This document shows positions 51,130 to 64,000 of a stretch of 64,000 bases of DNA, piece by piece. Under the pieces are notes generated by a model, which saw only the letters and a list, made by a program, of their open reading frames with translations, had not been told where the DNA came from and searched no databases. The number at the start of each line of letters is the position of its first letter. Position 1 is the stretch's first letter. This DNA comes from Octopus bimaculoides (taxonomy: Eukaryota), in the NCBI RefSeq assembly GCF_001194135.2, contig NC_068995.1, positions 12,466,353 through 12,530,352 on the forward strand. The letters are read 5' to 3'. Position numbers and translations under genes: made by a program.

Positions 51130-51623
51130 TTTGTAACTATCTCGCCGAAGTATCAATAATTATTTCAAAGTTTTAAATTTATGCGTCGTTTATTTTAAAA
51201 TTTCGTATGTTCTTTGTTTCTGTCTGTTTTTTTCTTGTTTTCTTTTTTCGACGTAGCAACTCTCTTGATAATATTTGTTTTTTTTTAAAATTTAATTTTA
51301 TATATTTTTTTTTTTTTATATAATGCAAAAATATATAAATTATCATTAAGAGAAGAATGAAGTGAAATTATAATAATCAAAAAGTCAGCAATATCTAATT
51401 CAAAATCTTAATTAAAACTCGTGTATTTGGCGGGGTTGTCAAATTTGAATTAAAGTTATTTTCGTATTCAATTTAGATTGCTTTGTTGATGTAAGGCAAA
51501 GACTGCTTCAACTAAAACAGAAATGTAGCGATATCACTCCAAATATGCTGGTATTAATTCTCATGAAAGTCAATGACTGAACAGAGTAGGCCTGAAATAA
51601 ACCACATTAATTTTCTGCACCGA

Positions 51624-51712
<89 letters not shown>

Positions 51713-52042
51713 CATTATTTTATTATTATCATTATTATTATNNNNNNNNNNNNNNNNNNNNNNNNNNNNNNNNNNNNNNNNNNNNNNNNNNNNNNNNNNN
51801 NNNNNNNNNNNNNNNNNNNNNNNNNNNNNNNNNNNNNNNNNNNNNNNNNNNNNNNNNNNNNNNNNNNNNNNNNNNNNNNNNNNNNNNNNNNNNNNNNNNN
51901 NNNNNNNNNNNNNNNNNNNNNNNNNNNNNNNNNNNNNNNNNNNNNNNNNNNNNNNNNNNNNNNNNNNNNNNNNNNNNNNNNNNNNNNNNNNNNNNNNNNN
52001 NNNNNNNNNNNNNNNNNNNNNNNNNNNNNNNNNNNNNNNNNN

Positions 52043-52099
<57 letters not shown>

Positions 52100-52101
52100 T
52101 A

Positions 52102-52166
<65 letters not shown>

Positions 52167-52468
52167 TTTTGTTTGGTGTTGTATGTGTGAGTGGTGATGT
52201 TTTAATTTTCTGCTTTCATCTGTATGTATGGGTGTGTACATGGATGGATGTGTCGATGTGTATGTATGTATGCATGTATGTATGTATGTATGTATGTATG
52301 TATGTATGTATGTGTGTATATTCATATGTGCCTATACGTTTGTATGTGTATATAGAGGTGTATACTTGTATGTGTGTGTGTATGCGCAGGTGTGTATATA
52401 TGTTTATGTATGTCTGTAAACGTGTGTCTGTGTCTGTGTGCGTGTGTGTGTGGGTGTACGTGTGTATG

Positions 52469-52499
<31 letters not shown>

Positions 52500-53390
52500 T
52501 TGTGTGGTGTGTNNNNNNNNNNNNNNNNNNNNNNNNNNNNNNNNNNNNNNNNNNNNNNNNNNNNNNNNNNNNNNNNNNNNNNNNNNNNNNNNNNNNNNNN
52601 NNNNNNNNNNNNNNNNNNNNNNNNNNNNNNNNNNNNNNNNNNNNNNNNNNNNNNNNNNNNNNNNNNNNNNNNNNNNNNNNNNNNNNNNNNNNNNNNNNNN
52701 NNNNNNNNNNNNNNNNNNNNNNNNNNNNNNNNNNNNNNNNNNNNNNNNNNNNNNNNNNNNNNNNNNNNNNNNNNNNNNNNNNNNNNNNNNNNNNNNNNNN
52801 NNNNNNNNNNNNNNNNNNNNNNNNNNNNNNNNNNNNNNNNNNNNNNNNNNNNNNNNNNNNNNNNNNNNNNNNNNNNNNNNNNNNNNNNNNNNNNNNNNNN
52901 NNNNNNNNNNNNNNNNNNNNNNNNNNNNNNNNNNNNNNNNNNNNNNNNNNNNNNNNNNNNNNNNNNNNNNNNNNNNNNNNNNNNNNNNNNNNNNNNNNNN
53001 NNNNNNNNNNNNNNNNNNNNNNNNNNNNNNNNNNNNNNNNNNNNNNNNNNNNNNNNNNNNNNNNNNNNNNNNNNNNNNNNNNNNNNNNNNNNNNNNNNNN
53101 NNNNNNNNNNNNNNNNNNNNNNNNNNNNNNNNNNNNNNNNNNNNNNNNNNNNNNNNNNNNNNNNNNNNNNNNNNNNNNNNNNNNNNNNNNNNNNNNNNNN
53201 NNNNNNNNNNNNNNNNNNNNNNNNNNNNNNNNNNNNNNNNNNNNNNNNNNNNNNNNNNNNNNNNNNNNNNNNNNNNNNNNNNNNNNNNNNNNNNNNNNNN
53301 NNNNNNNNNNNNNNNNNNNNNNNNNNNNNNNNNNNNNNNNNNNNNNNNNNNNNNNNNNNNNNNNNNNNNNNNNNNNNNNNNNNNNNNNNN

Positions 53391-53449
<59 letters not shown>

Positions 53450-55321
53450 AAAATAAGAAACTTGATGACTTTTCAAGATTGTTAATGGGTTTTAAAAGGT
53501 GTGGTCGGGTTTTTGTCGCTAAAAAAAAAAGCAAACACTTTTTACATTTTTTGTTTTTAAAGAAACCAAGCGACTAAACGAAATGTGATCAAAAGAAAAG
53601 TCTGTATAGAGTTTATCCATCAAGTATCCACTTTGAAGGGCTTACTTTGAAGTCATATCTCTTGCCTTTAGTCTTTTAAAAATCTCTTCAATAATTGTCG
53701 TTCTTTGTTAAAGTTTATAAGAAATACATTTGCATTACTTTGCAATTAAAACTAACTGATTTGATCTAATTTACTGTTCTGTACTTTAATCTCAATTATT
53801 TTCTTTCTTGATTAATTATTTTATTTTTTTGTTTAACGTTGACGCAAGGCCACAAATCTGTAATGGAGGGCGTATAGTCAATGTCTCGACCTCAGCACTT
53901 AATTTCCACTTTATTTTATTCACCTCCGATGACAACAAGTCAAGGTACATCTTGTCTGGATTTGAACTCTAAATGTAAAGGTGTTGTACTTGATGCCCTG
54001 TGGAGCTTGCCAATCAATTGCTCTTTTCTTGTTTAATTATTGATTTCTAACAAAGGTACAAGGCCTCAAATTTGTGGGAGGGATATAGTCAATTATATAA
54101 ACCCAATTAGTTCACTGATATTTTATTTTTTTTCGTTCTTAGATGGCTGAAAAGCACAACTGATGTCATCTGGATTTGAACTCCGAACGTAAAAGATTCT
54201 GACTAAATACGCATGTACGATCTAACGTACATCTTTTCTACACAAGTCTGGTCTTTTAACAAAGAAAGAAATCAATAATACCACTTTCACGATACCGAAT
54301 ACTGCATCTTAGGATATGAACAAACAACACTCTTGGTGACAACATGTGTAACGACCAGTCTAAGACAGTGAAGTAACAGAATCATCAGAACGTTGAAGAA
54401 AAATGCGTCACTGCATTTTTCCCGGATTTTTACATTCTGGGATCAAATCCCGCGGAAGTCAACCTTATTCTTCATTCGTCGAAGTGGAATCCCGATACAA
54501 TAAATTATCAGTGAAATACTAAGGGCGATATAATTGAGTGCTGCACTTCGTCTAAATAATAAGAAGTTATATTGTAACCTAACATGTGTGGCTTATGAAT
54601 AGCATAAATATTTGGTAGCCTGCATATATGGCTATTTTCGTTTAATACTACGGAAATGTAATTCTTCTTGTGCTCTGCCGTTTCTGGCACTCTTACTTCA
54701 TCATTATTATTGGTTAAGATAGGTAAATCTACCATTACAGACAGATGGAAGAGCATTGTAGAAAATGAAGGAGAGAGTATCTTAAATTTTAAAAGAACTT
54801 TGTTTATATTATTTTTGAGAAATAAAAGTCTACAAAAACCGCATTATGGGATGACCTATTACATATACATATGAGTAATACAGCAGCTTATATTCGTGGA
54901 ATCAATTTGTAAAGCCAGATGTCATGTTACATTTGGTGAAGTTAGTGGTTTTGCCATAGATTAGGACGACTGACAAAAACAGAATGACTGGTGTTGAATG
55001 CACAATATCTTCTACATTATAGATAACAATTGTTGAAACGGAAGATGATGTCGAGAGAAAAGGTACTCTTCCTTTAAGTGCTTACTCTATTTAGGCATCA
55101 GTTGCTATAACAAGGGACCGTGCATTTCACTGACGAGAGCAGCGATAGTATTGACAAACTCATGAGATGGAATAGTGTGCAATGTCTCCCTTTAGACTAC
55201 AGATTTGCTCCACAAATAATATATAAGGCTTCATCTTCAAGGTTTTCTCTCACACTCAATACATTCCTCACTCATTACATCAGCAAGTTATATATTATAT
55301 TGTATATGTTCATTATTCTTC

Positions 55322-55710
55322 TACTCTTTTACTTGTTTCAGTCATTTGACTGGGGCCATGCTGGAGCACCGCCTTCAGTTGAGCAAATCGACCCAAAGAC
55401 TTATTGTTTGTAAGCCTAGTACTTATTCTATCGGTCTCTTTTACCAAACCGCTAAGTTACGGGGACGCTAACACACCACCATCGGTTGTCAAGCGATGTT
55501 GGTGGACAGACACACAAACATACACACACATACATATATATATACATATATACGATGGGATTATTTCAGTTTCCGTCTACCAAATCCATTTGGTCAGCCC
55601 GAGGCTATAGTAGAAGAGACTTGCCCAAGGTACCACGCAGTGTGAATGAACCCAGAACCATGTGGTTCGTAAGCAAGCTACTTACTACACAGCCATTCAT
55701 GCGCCTATAT
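55322..55710 (-). mobile_element. SINE family B, full length
   Basis: Complete tail, internal (CA)/(TA) tract, box and head in reverse orientation. Confidence 0.9.
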
Positions 55711-56279
55711 ATTATTTAATATATTTATATTATATATTATATAATGTATTTATATTTTACATTATATATTTATATCATATAAGTTATATTTATATTATAT
55801 ATTATACATTATATTTATATTTACATTATACATTATATCATATATTTATATAATATATCATAAGGTATACTTATATTATATTACATATTTATATGTTATA
55901 TTATTCAGTATATTTATATTTGTTATCTTATATATTTATATTATATATTATTCGGTATATTTATATTATATATTTATATTGTATATTATATCTATATTAT
56001 TTATTATATTACATATCTATATTATCTATTATATTAAATATTTATATTATATATTATATAATGCATTTGCATATATATTATTTTATACATTTATATAATA
56101 TGTACTATACTATATATTTATGTCATATATTCATATATCAGAAAATAAGTGACATTAAATTATCAACATTAACCAAAAGCATCCTTTTTCCCGTTTTATT
56201 GTTGACCTAAAAAATATTCTGAAGTTATTCTCTCTCTTTGCATTCCGTAATGTTTCATATCTATCTGTCTATCAATCTC

Positions 56280-56318
<39 letters not shown>

Positions 56319-56334
56319 GTCTGTCTATCTATCA

Positions 56335-56398
<64 letters not shown>

Positions 56399-57162
56399 CT
56401 ACTTCAATATCTCTATCTGCCTATATCTATTTCACTCTATCTCTCTATCTATCACTATTTCACTCTATCTGTCTATCCTTATTTCCGTCTATATATCTGT
56501 CTATCTCCATTTCTATTACTTTTTCAAATATTTATTTGATGATTATCATAACTGTCCCAAAAATGTTTGACTTCCTGCCAAATATGACAAGTTGACATGG
56601 CAAAAACACCCATTTTGTTCCCTAACTATGCTGTATAAATAATTAAATTACAGAAAAATTCTTCATTCCGAAAATAACTCTCACTTTGAGAATATGGCGA
56701 CTTATTTAAATCAAACGTAAATAAATTTCATTGATATGCATGCATGCATAAATAAATAAACAAGAATGAATTTGCTGACTGTGTATGCGTGGGTATGGAT
56801 CTGAGTGTATGTGAGTGTGCATGGATCTTTGTGTGTGTGAAAGAGAGAGTGAGAGAGAGAAGGAGAGGATGCTTGTAGGTGTGGTATATTTGATACGTAT
56901 CTATAGATGATGAAGAACTGTAGATGGATGCTTTGGTCTTAACTGAGTGAAGGGTAAATAAATAAATAAATAAATGAACGAGTAAATAAATAAAACGAGG
57001 AACAAGATGGAAAGCAATATTTGAATATAACATTTCTACAACTTGAAAACCTCTAGACATCGGAGAAAAATACAATTTTTATACTGTTAAAATCAATTCA
57101 ACTGACATTTTCTTAAAATCGTTTCCACCAGCTCCAATACTGAAAAGAAAAAAAAAACATAT

Positions 57163-57226
<64 letters not shown>

Positions 57227-58303
57227 CAAGATATTATTATTTGTGTATATGTCTGTTTGTGTATATGTGTGAATTTTAAATCTAATATTTTTTATAATTT
57301 GCAATTTTTTCTTTTTTATTCTTTATTTTTTAAGTGCCTCGAAAATGAGAAATGTATTTTCTCTTCTTTTTTTATTATATTTTCGATTGTTAAATCTGTG
57401 TTTATTTTATTTTATTTAATTTTCAGTTTATAATATTTTTTTTTCATATCCACTTGTACTTTGTTATCGTAGCTGCTGCTGCTGCTGTTACTGTTACTGC
57501 TGCTGTTGTTGTTGGTATTGTTGTTGTCTTTCAACGAAGAATGTTCGTGACATATTGAGTGCTTTGGATCAGAACTTGATTCCCGTGTAGCAGAGCAAGA
57601 GAATCAAAATCATATTTCCTCATATAATCCCTGACTCCTGTTTGTAGGCTTGTTGAGTTTTTTAGGGGTTTTTTTTTACAAATAATATTTCACTGTTTTT
57701 ATTTCTCTATTATTATATTCTATATACTCTTATTTTTATTTCTATTTATTTTATTCTATTACGTATTTAATTTTTTTATCATAGCCAAGAGATGGTGATC
57801 TTCCTGAGCTCACGTAATAAAATGCTCAACTCAGGAATATTGACAGCTCCAAAATACCCCTTCGAGTAAAGGATTTCTCTTTTAGTTTTAAATATTTTTA
57901 TGGTATTTCTTGATTCCAGCCACGTACATTATTGCAATGGAGTGCTTAGTTGGATTAGAATGAGACTTAAGCCTTCAGATTGAGCTTCCAATTCGCTGAA
58001 TTTCAACTTGTTGGCTCAAATTTAAATAGTTGGAGATTGGTGAGAAATATGTAAAACATTCAATGACTGTTAGTTAAGATTTCCATATTCTCTGCGCGCG
58101 TCGGACAAAATGCTTAGCGGCATTTCTTCCTGCTCTTTACGTTCTGAGCTCAAATTCCGCCGAGGTCAACTTTGCATTTCTCCATTTCGAGGTCAGTATA
58201 ATAAGTAACAGTCGCCCACGCGGTGCGGGGAGCAGCTCATATAATCGTTTAAACATTCTCCCTAAAACTGTAGGCCTTGAAACAAGTATTTATTTATGCC
58301 CAC

Positions 58304-58600
58304 GGGCATATGGCGTAGTGGTTAAGAGCGCGGGCTACTAACCCCAAGTTTCCGAGTTCGATTCCAGGCAGTGACCTGAATAATAATAATAATTATTATT
58401 ATCATTATTATCATTATTATTATTATTATTATCATTATAACATTGAAAAATACCTCAGGAATGAGAACCCAGGTTCGAAATTTCTTCAAGACACCTAATG
58501 AAGACTGGAGGGTATATCAGCCGAAACATTATGTTAACAACAAACAAAACGAGGACAAATATCCAGCAAAAGTAAATAATGTACATAATTCCTCATCTCT
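58304..58600 (+). mobile_element. tRNA-headed SINE-like element: tRNA head, (AAT)n/(ATT)n spacer, hammerhead-bearing 3' module
   Basis: Head 58304-58376 with A-box TGGCGTAGTGG and B-box GAGTTCGATTCC; spacer 58379-58440; 3' module shared with 18600-18730. Confidence 0.8.
58490..58535 (+). ncRNA. Degenerate hammerhead motif (G5->A, G16.2->A)
   Basis: GACAC CUAAUGA A GACUG gaggguauau CAGCC GAAAC AUU AUGUU; its lesions complement those of the 18630 copy. Confidence 0.65.
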
Positions 58601-59109
58601 TAAATATAGAACTGTATTTATTTATTCATTAACAACAGTGATATCTGATGCTAGGGAATGACATCAGATATCATCCAAGAAAGTAATATACGTTTTACAG
58701 AACATTGATTGAGAGTTAAGCAAGACATTTTTACAGTCATTCTCTGCGTCGTTACCCAGAGGTTAAAGGAAAATCTTCATCGATAGGCTCTACTGACTTC
58801 ACGAATTCTCTACGAGATCGTCATGGATGGCGTAGCCGTTCGCGAAACATCTGTACAAGGTCAACGAAATTAATAATATTTCACTTATCTGCGTAAGCGT
58901 AGATTTCAACTATTTCCACAGTCCCCGCATCTAATATTCGATTGTGCCTATAAAGATAAATTCAACGTCTCTTTTATATCTATATGCGTCTACATGTATA
59001 CTTCATATGTATATAACGTAAACATAGAAAATGTAGAAAATAAAGAGGAAAATAAGGCTTAACAACTGAGAACTCTCTTAACAGCAGGACTTACCGGGAC
59101 CCAGCTGCT

Positions 59110-59149
59110 CTACATTGATAAGGGGAACTACTCCGAAACCGGTATGGGG
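59110..59149 (+). ncRNA. Minimal hammerhead with U3-A8 variant core, GUA site
   Basis: CUACA UUGAUAA GGGG AACUA CUCC GAAAC CG GUA UGGGG. Stem II 4 bp; stem III ACCGGU palindrome; followed by a 12-bp hairpin 59149-59187. Confidence 0.65.
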
Positions 59150-59371
59150 ATGCCAAGCCAGCAAAGGGTAGTTGATGGCTTGGCGTCATAAAAACAAATG
59201 ATTTCTTGGATAATATACTCCTAAATATATTTCTTTGCGTTGTTTCTTCTGCAAACTGCGATAGAAGTGCAATTCTCACGGTGATTAATTTCACTTTTTG
59301 TCCTCTTGTATTCTAAAGTACCAATCAAGTACCTGAGTCGTGTATTCTGTCAATCTATTTCTCTCTTGAAG

Positions 59372-59416
59372 TCAGTTATATTTCACTGCATGAAGGACTG
59401 TGGAAGACCACTGAAA
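59372..59416 (+). CDS. Weak candidate 45-nt exon (SYISLHEGLWKTTE or SVIFHCMKDCGRPLK)
   Basis: tttctctcttgaAG acceptor and GAAA|GTAAGT donor; two open frames; no family match. Confidence 0.2.
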
Positions 59417-60320
59417 GTAAGTGTTTTCAGTATGTTCCCATAGCAAAAACTCAGACCACTAAAATCGTCCAGAAACGTAGTCATGTGCAGAAAAGAACGG
59501 AGATAAAAGAGATGCATAATATATTTGTTCCTGAGACTCTTAGACAACTTGTTGTGGTGCAACAATCTGAAACACTAACGTGGCAGTCCATAGAAACAGG
59601 ACGAATGCTGCTGTTGATTAGCTCCGAGAGACGATCGCCTCTAACTAGCTATATGATGCACGAACATGCGTCCATAAACTGAAGGGAGGAATGGGTTTAG
59701 CTATTTTCAAACCAGAAAACTGACCCGAATGCTTACAACAGAGTGGATGCTAAACAAAGATACCCAAAGTTCCATATGATGGCGTTGAACCAAGCAACGT
59801 GTTAGGTCTACTTCATCATAAGCATATTCTCTAAAACTCGTTCGCTGCCATAGAGACGAAATGTCGTCAGTTTGTATGTTTTTGCCAGTGTATTGTTCTT
59901 TGTACAGCCAGAAGATTTCATTCGTGGAGACAGCCTACAAAACTGCCAACGAACAGCAGAAAGAGGTGCCTTTCACTGCTAATAAGCATAGCAATCCTTG
60001 TTTCCTAGACGATGATTCTTCAGCTTATTGTGTCAAGTGAAGTTGTGCAGAACTTTTTTCTATGTAAGTATGTTATAACTTTTGAGATAGCCAAAGATCT
60101 ACAATGTTGACTTGGCCTAGAAACTAAATCTTTAGCGCTGTGCCAATAACCTAATCGGCTCTGTGCTTCACATCAGAATATTTTTCATCACATTTATAGC
60201 GATTACTGCATCAGATTAAATGATTTCATCAGTATTAGAAACACACAAATTCTGTTGAAAATATCAAGAAAGATAACAACAACAATAATACTAATACTAA
60301 TACTAATAATAATAATAATA

Positions 60321-60387
<67 letters not shown>

Positions 60388-61019
60388 TAATAATAAGGAA
60401 CGGCTGATAAAAACAAATATTTAATTTATGTTATCGATTCAAATGAAATCTGCTTTTTCTGAGAAGATGAAACGAGTAGCAGCAAACAATTATCGATAAC
60501 GGTAAACTTTATGACTAATTTAAATTAATTTAAATTTTCTGCAAAATTAACCCTTACTTTTCTTATTTAACACCAGGTTAAGATGGCTCTAATCAACTAT
60601 CGTCACTTGATGCCTTCATTTTGCATATATGCTCCCCTGCACGTTTGGTATTGAACTCGAAGTTTTTTTTTTATAATTTTCTCACAGAAATTTAATATGT
60701 CTATACCGTCATCACTGCGAAATGCATATATTAGCCCTTGGCAACTTTGTGACATTTGTTTCTATCTCACAGTGCGTTGTCTTGATTTGAACTATAACTT
60801 GTAAGAAAAATTTTGAACAGAATTTAAATAAGCATTTCTTTGAAACATTGGGTAAAGACATCGATTTCGGAACAAGTGAGAGTTCCAATGCTGTTGATGA
60901 GCAGTCCTGAAGTTGAATAACTTTGTCTCAACACTTTCGTATTAGGTTTTCACTGGTTTAGAGACCCTCCAACTTTCCTAACTAAGCAAACAAGACGAAC
61001 AGAACAACACTTCTGGGTT

Positions 61020-61720
61020 TCGAACGTACAAAACTACAGTGGCTAAGTGAAGCCTGTAAGTCTTTGGAGATGAACTTTCGGTTTAAATAAAGATGTTAAA
61101 AACTACCACGTCAATATACATTCATTCGGAAAAGCGAAGAGACTTTGTAATGGTACCTCAGCTACCTACTTTCGCCTCTATCAAGCTATATCTAAAAATA
61201 CCTTCTCTGAAGAGACTAGAGTCGTAAAGATTGGCCAAGTTGTAAGAAGGCAACAAACACTTGTATGTGTATGTTTGTCTGTATATGTGTATATGTGTGT
61301 GTTTGTGTGTTCAAGCTATATAATAGCATAGGTCTGGTTCTACCAACAATTTCCTATGGTAGTGAGACATGGAAGGGCACTGTGAAAATAGACAGAAAGC
61401 TAAAAGTTTTCTATTAAAGATAGTTAGGAAGGATTCTGAGAACGCACTGGCAAGACCACGTAATTATTAAATTGTGTTAGTCCTAAAGAGAGCTAACAAA
61501 AGTCACCTTGACGATGTCATCACAAAACTAAGATTAAAACTATCAGGTTACATACTTCAGCAACCAGAACAATGCCATTTTAAAACAAGTTTCAAATGAA
61601 CACCACTAAGGAGAAAAAAAGGTTGAAACCTACATGATGCCGAACAATGATAAACACCTTCAAAGAGGCCGGAAACCAATGACGCCAACGTGTTGCGCAA
61701 TGTACTCGAGAGTGCAGACG
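61020..61720 (+). mobile_element. RTE-clade LINE ORF2 C-terminal relic
   Basis: From 61337: VLPTISYGSETWKGTVKIDRKLKVFY*R*LGRILRTHWQDHV...VLKRANKSHLDDVITKLRLKLSGYILQQPE, matching the RTE pattern LLYGSETW...LRRIL.I.WQD.V.N.EVL.R...RRRRLRW.GH..R; interrupted by a TG tract at about 61260-61310. Confidence 0.8.
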
Positions 61721-62178
61721 AAACTGATGTGAATATATGTACAAGCGTGTGCGTACAAAAAGAAACAATCAAATAAGGAAAAAATGTATATAAGATATGG
61801 AGCCAGAAGTTTCCCAGAACAGATTTCAAGAAATACAACTATACTCAGTTAAATACTGTATTTCATATATTACTTCTATTCGGGTTCTATAAGCATTTAA
61901 ATAGCCTTGGAAACATGTGCAGTGATTTCAACACGTCTCACACGTGTCAATCCACCACATCGAATCACAGCAGCAGACCATTTTCTGATGATCAATCAAT
62001 ACATTTTATGATTCCATTTGAATTTTATCCACCACATCGAAGCAGCGCCTCTACTTCAGTTTGAAATACATTTGGAGAAAACGGTGAAATCAAGAAGCTG
62101 CTGTCTTTGATTGTGTGTGAAGAACTAAGACCAAACTTCACAGAAGTGTGATGCATTTTCAAGTTCTCCATACGTAAG

Positions 62179-62396
62179 TACGAGAGAGTGGTGAAAAGTT
62201 TCTGGCTATAAGGATATGACGAAAGGCCTGGTTAGAGGTCCAGCCTTCCGTGTTCTTTTACAGGGATTAGAAAAACTGAACGATTGCTACAATAAGTCTG
62301 AATCCGAGAGAGGGATACGTTGAATAAAATCATAATTAACTGATCCTCCTGTATTTTCTTTTACCTAAAACCAGGAACTTTCCAGCATGTGCGATA
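62179..62396 (+). mobile_element. Mariner-derived MITE retaining the transposase C-terminus
   Basis: Imperfect TIRs (TAcgagagagtggtgaaaagtttctggct and aaccaggaactttccagcatgtgcgaTA); the internal segment gives QPSVFF..GLEKLNDCYNK...YVE* (cf. mariner GI.KL.ERW.KC....G.YVE*). Confidence 0.8.
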
Positions 62397-62499
62397 GCAA
62401 CGTATCTGAGCATAGAAATAACCTTGCTTGGGACTGAGGGGACCCTAGCTGTTGTCACAGCATCCTTGTGTTAAACCTGCTGCCCCAAATCTTTACGGG

Positions 62500-62810
62500 T
62501 CATCTCTAGATACAATTCATGGAGACTGGGAGAGTGGTACAAGTGTTATACCAGAGTTTATAACTATAATCCAGTGACGTACAGACGTTTCTTTATGGTG
62601 CCCGCATTTGTCATTCCATCTGCCAAAAGTCCTATGGCGATGAAAGAGTGGAAACGTGTGCATATCAGTTGGCTGTGCATAATAAATTACAACTTTCGTT
62701 TGTCATTTACGCTTTCGACCATGCAGACATGCAGCGGGACTCAATAGTCACCTGAGAATTCATGGATAGAAAGTAAGAAATGAAATGTCATAGACAACGA
62801 TGAAACTCCA
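62500..62810 (+). mobile_element. RTE/BovB-type LINE 3' end relic
   Basis: CRHAAGLNSHLRIHG* at about 62722-62770 resembles the terminal C..C...GL.SH.R.H motif of BovB-like ORF2. Confidence 0.5.
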
Positions 62811-64000
62811 GGAGACGGTGCAGCTACCTGTGAAGATGTATGTATGTTTTGTTTTGCTGGGTGGGATGATGCATATCATGTTCAGAGAGTAGGATGGGCC
62901 CTATGCAAAGTCTTTTCTTACTTTAAAAAGCTTCAGGCATAGACATGACTTGACTTTTAATATCTTTATTATGTGTTGCATGTTCTTGCCCAAACAGGCA
63001 AAAACACTCAATTTAATATTCTGTGATGAAATGATGGCATCTATCTGCATGAGTAGTCATTCTTTGAACATGTGTTGCAAGAGATGCACATCGTTGCCGC
63101 ATATGTGCAAAAGAGTCTTGGACCCTAACAGGGCTGAAAAGCCACAATATTGCTTTAAGAGAACAGTCAAGCGACAGCATTGCACGTATTGAGTGCAGCC
63201 AATACGTTCATACGTATCTATAGTTATATATCCACGTTGCACTTAGAGTTCCCGCTATTAAATACAACAGCATTACAAGTATCAAGGAAGCTGGTACTTA
63301 GTGTAAGACTTGCTGAACATAGCAGTCAACTGACCCTCGAAAGAGCACTCTAGCGTTGTCTTAAAGAAACACGTGCAATAAAGCGATCTACGCTGTTTTT
63401 TTGAGCATAGTGAAGAAAAGACAGATTGGTAAAAAAAATATATTCTAAGTGCACCGAACTAAATGCATTAGAGATTTATCTTTTCCGCAGTTCAAGATTA
63501 GGGATTTCCATCATGGCTTAATTTGCACTTTAAACCTCTTGTTCGATAAAATAAGTAACTGTTTTCCCTGTAATTCGCTGGTGCCAATTACACCGAGTAT
63601 AGCTTTTCATTATAAATCAATATTTAAGAATATATAAAATGAAATTTTCACACGCAGTTAGCAATGAACAGTAAACTAAACAAAAAAGCAAAGTTGAGCA
63701 TATTCCAAAATTGACACATCAATAATGTATCTTTAGATTTATTTTTCTTCGTTCGATCAATATGTTGTCATATAATTATATAGTATGCATTATATATACA
63801 TATATGTGTGTGTAAAATTATATATATATTAAGTATATGCACATATATATATGTGTGCATTATTATATATTATGTATATACATATATACATATACGTGTA
63901 TGCATATATGTTAATATACCTATATATATATATATACATTATATATGCATGTAGATAAATATATGTAGATTAATATGTACGTATATATATATATATATAT

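Noticed and set aside
55720-56140. 400-bp extremely AT-rich block with apparent ORFs
   Set aside because: Degenerate (TA)/(TTA) low-complexity sequence.
58304-58376. Functional tRNA gene (apparent ACT anticodon)
   Set aside because: Acceptor and anticodon stems contain several mismatches, and it is joined to a repeat body; treated as a SINE head.
58738-58892. Open frame HSLRRYPEVKGK...RDRHGWRSRSRNICTR between AG and GTAAGC
   Set aside because: Ambiguous; DRHGWR resembles LINE ORF2 ends and the phase does not fit the other candidate exons.
61205-61230. CTGAAGA-GAC-TAGA-GTC-GTAA
   Set aside because: GAAA is broken, there is no stem III or cleavage triplet, and it lies within the RTE coding relic.

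Overview
Repeat-saturated, AT-rich eukaryotic sequence with 15 assembly gaps (about 6.4 kb of N), nearly all abutting microsatellites. The SINE families and microsatellite load resemble an octopus (cephalopod) genome; this is inference, not a search result. No complete protein-coding gene is visible and every long ORF in the track is an N-run or simple-repeat artefact. A few splice-bounded plus-strand candidate exons (243-309 starting MAEKDS; 23725-23832; weaker 9592-9623 and 59372-59416) hint that the window is mostly intron of one unidentified gene. The rest is tRNA-derived SINEs (several with clean target-site duplications, nested insertions and swapped tails), Tc1/mariner MITEs, and decayed hAT, piggyBac, CR1/L2, RTE and RLE-type LINE fragments. 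The main unexpected signal is seven minimal type-I hammerhead ribozyme motifs from six unrelated sequence contexts. All have a palindromic or near-palindromic stem III, the dimer-cleaving architecture known from Penelope-like elements and retrozymes. Four have an intact core, one carries the compensatory U3-A8 core variant, and one family is fused behind a tRNA-type Pol III head.
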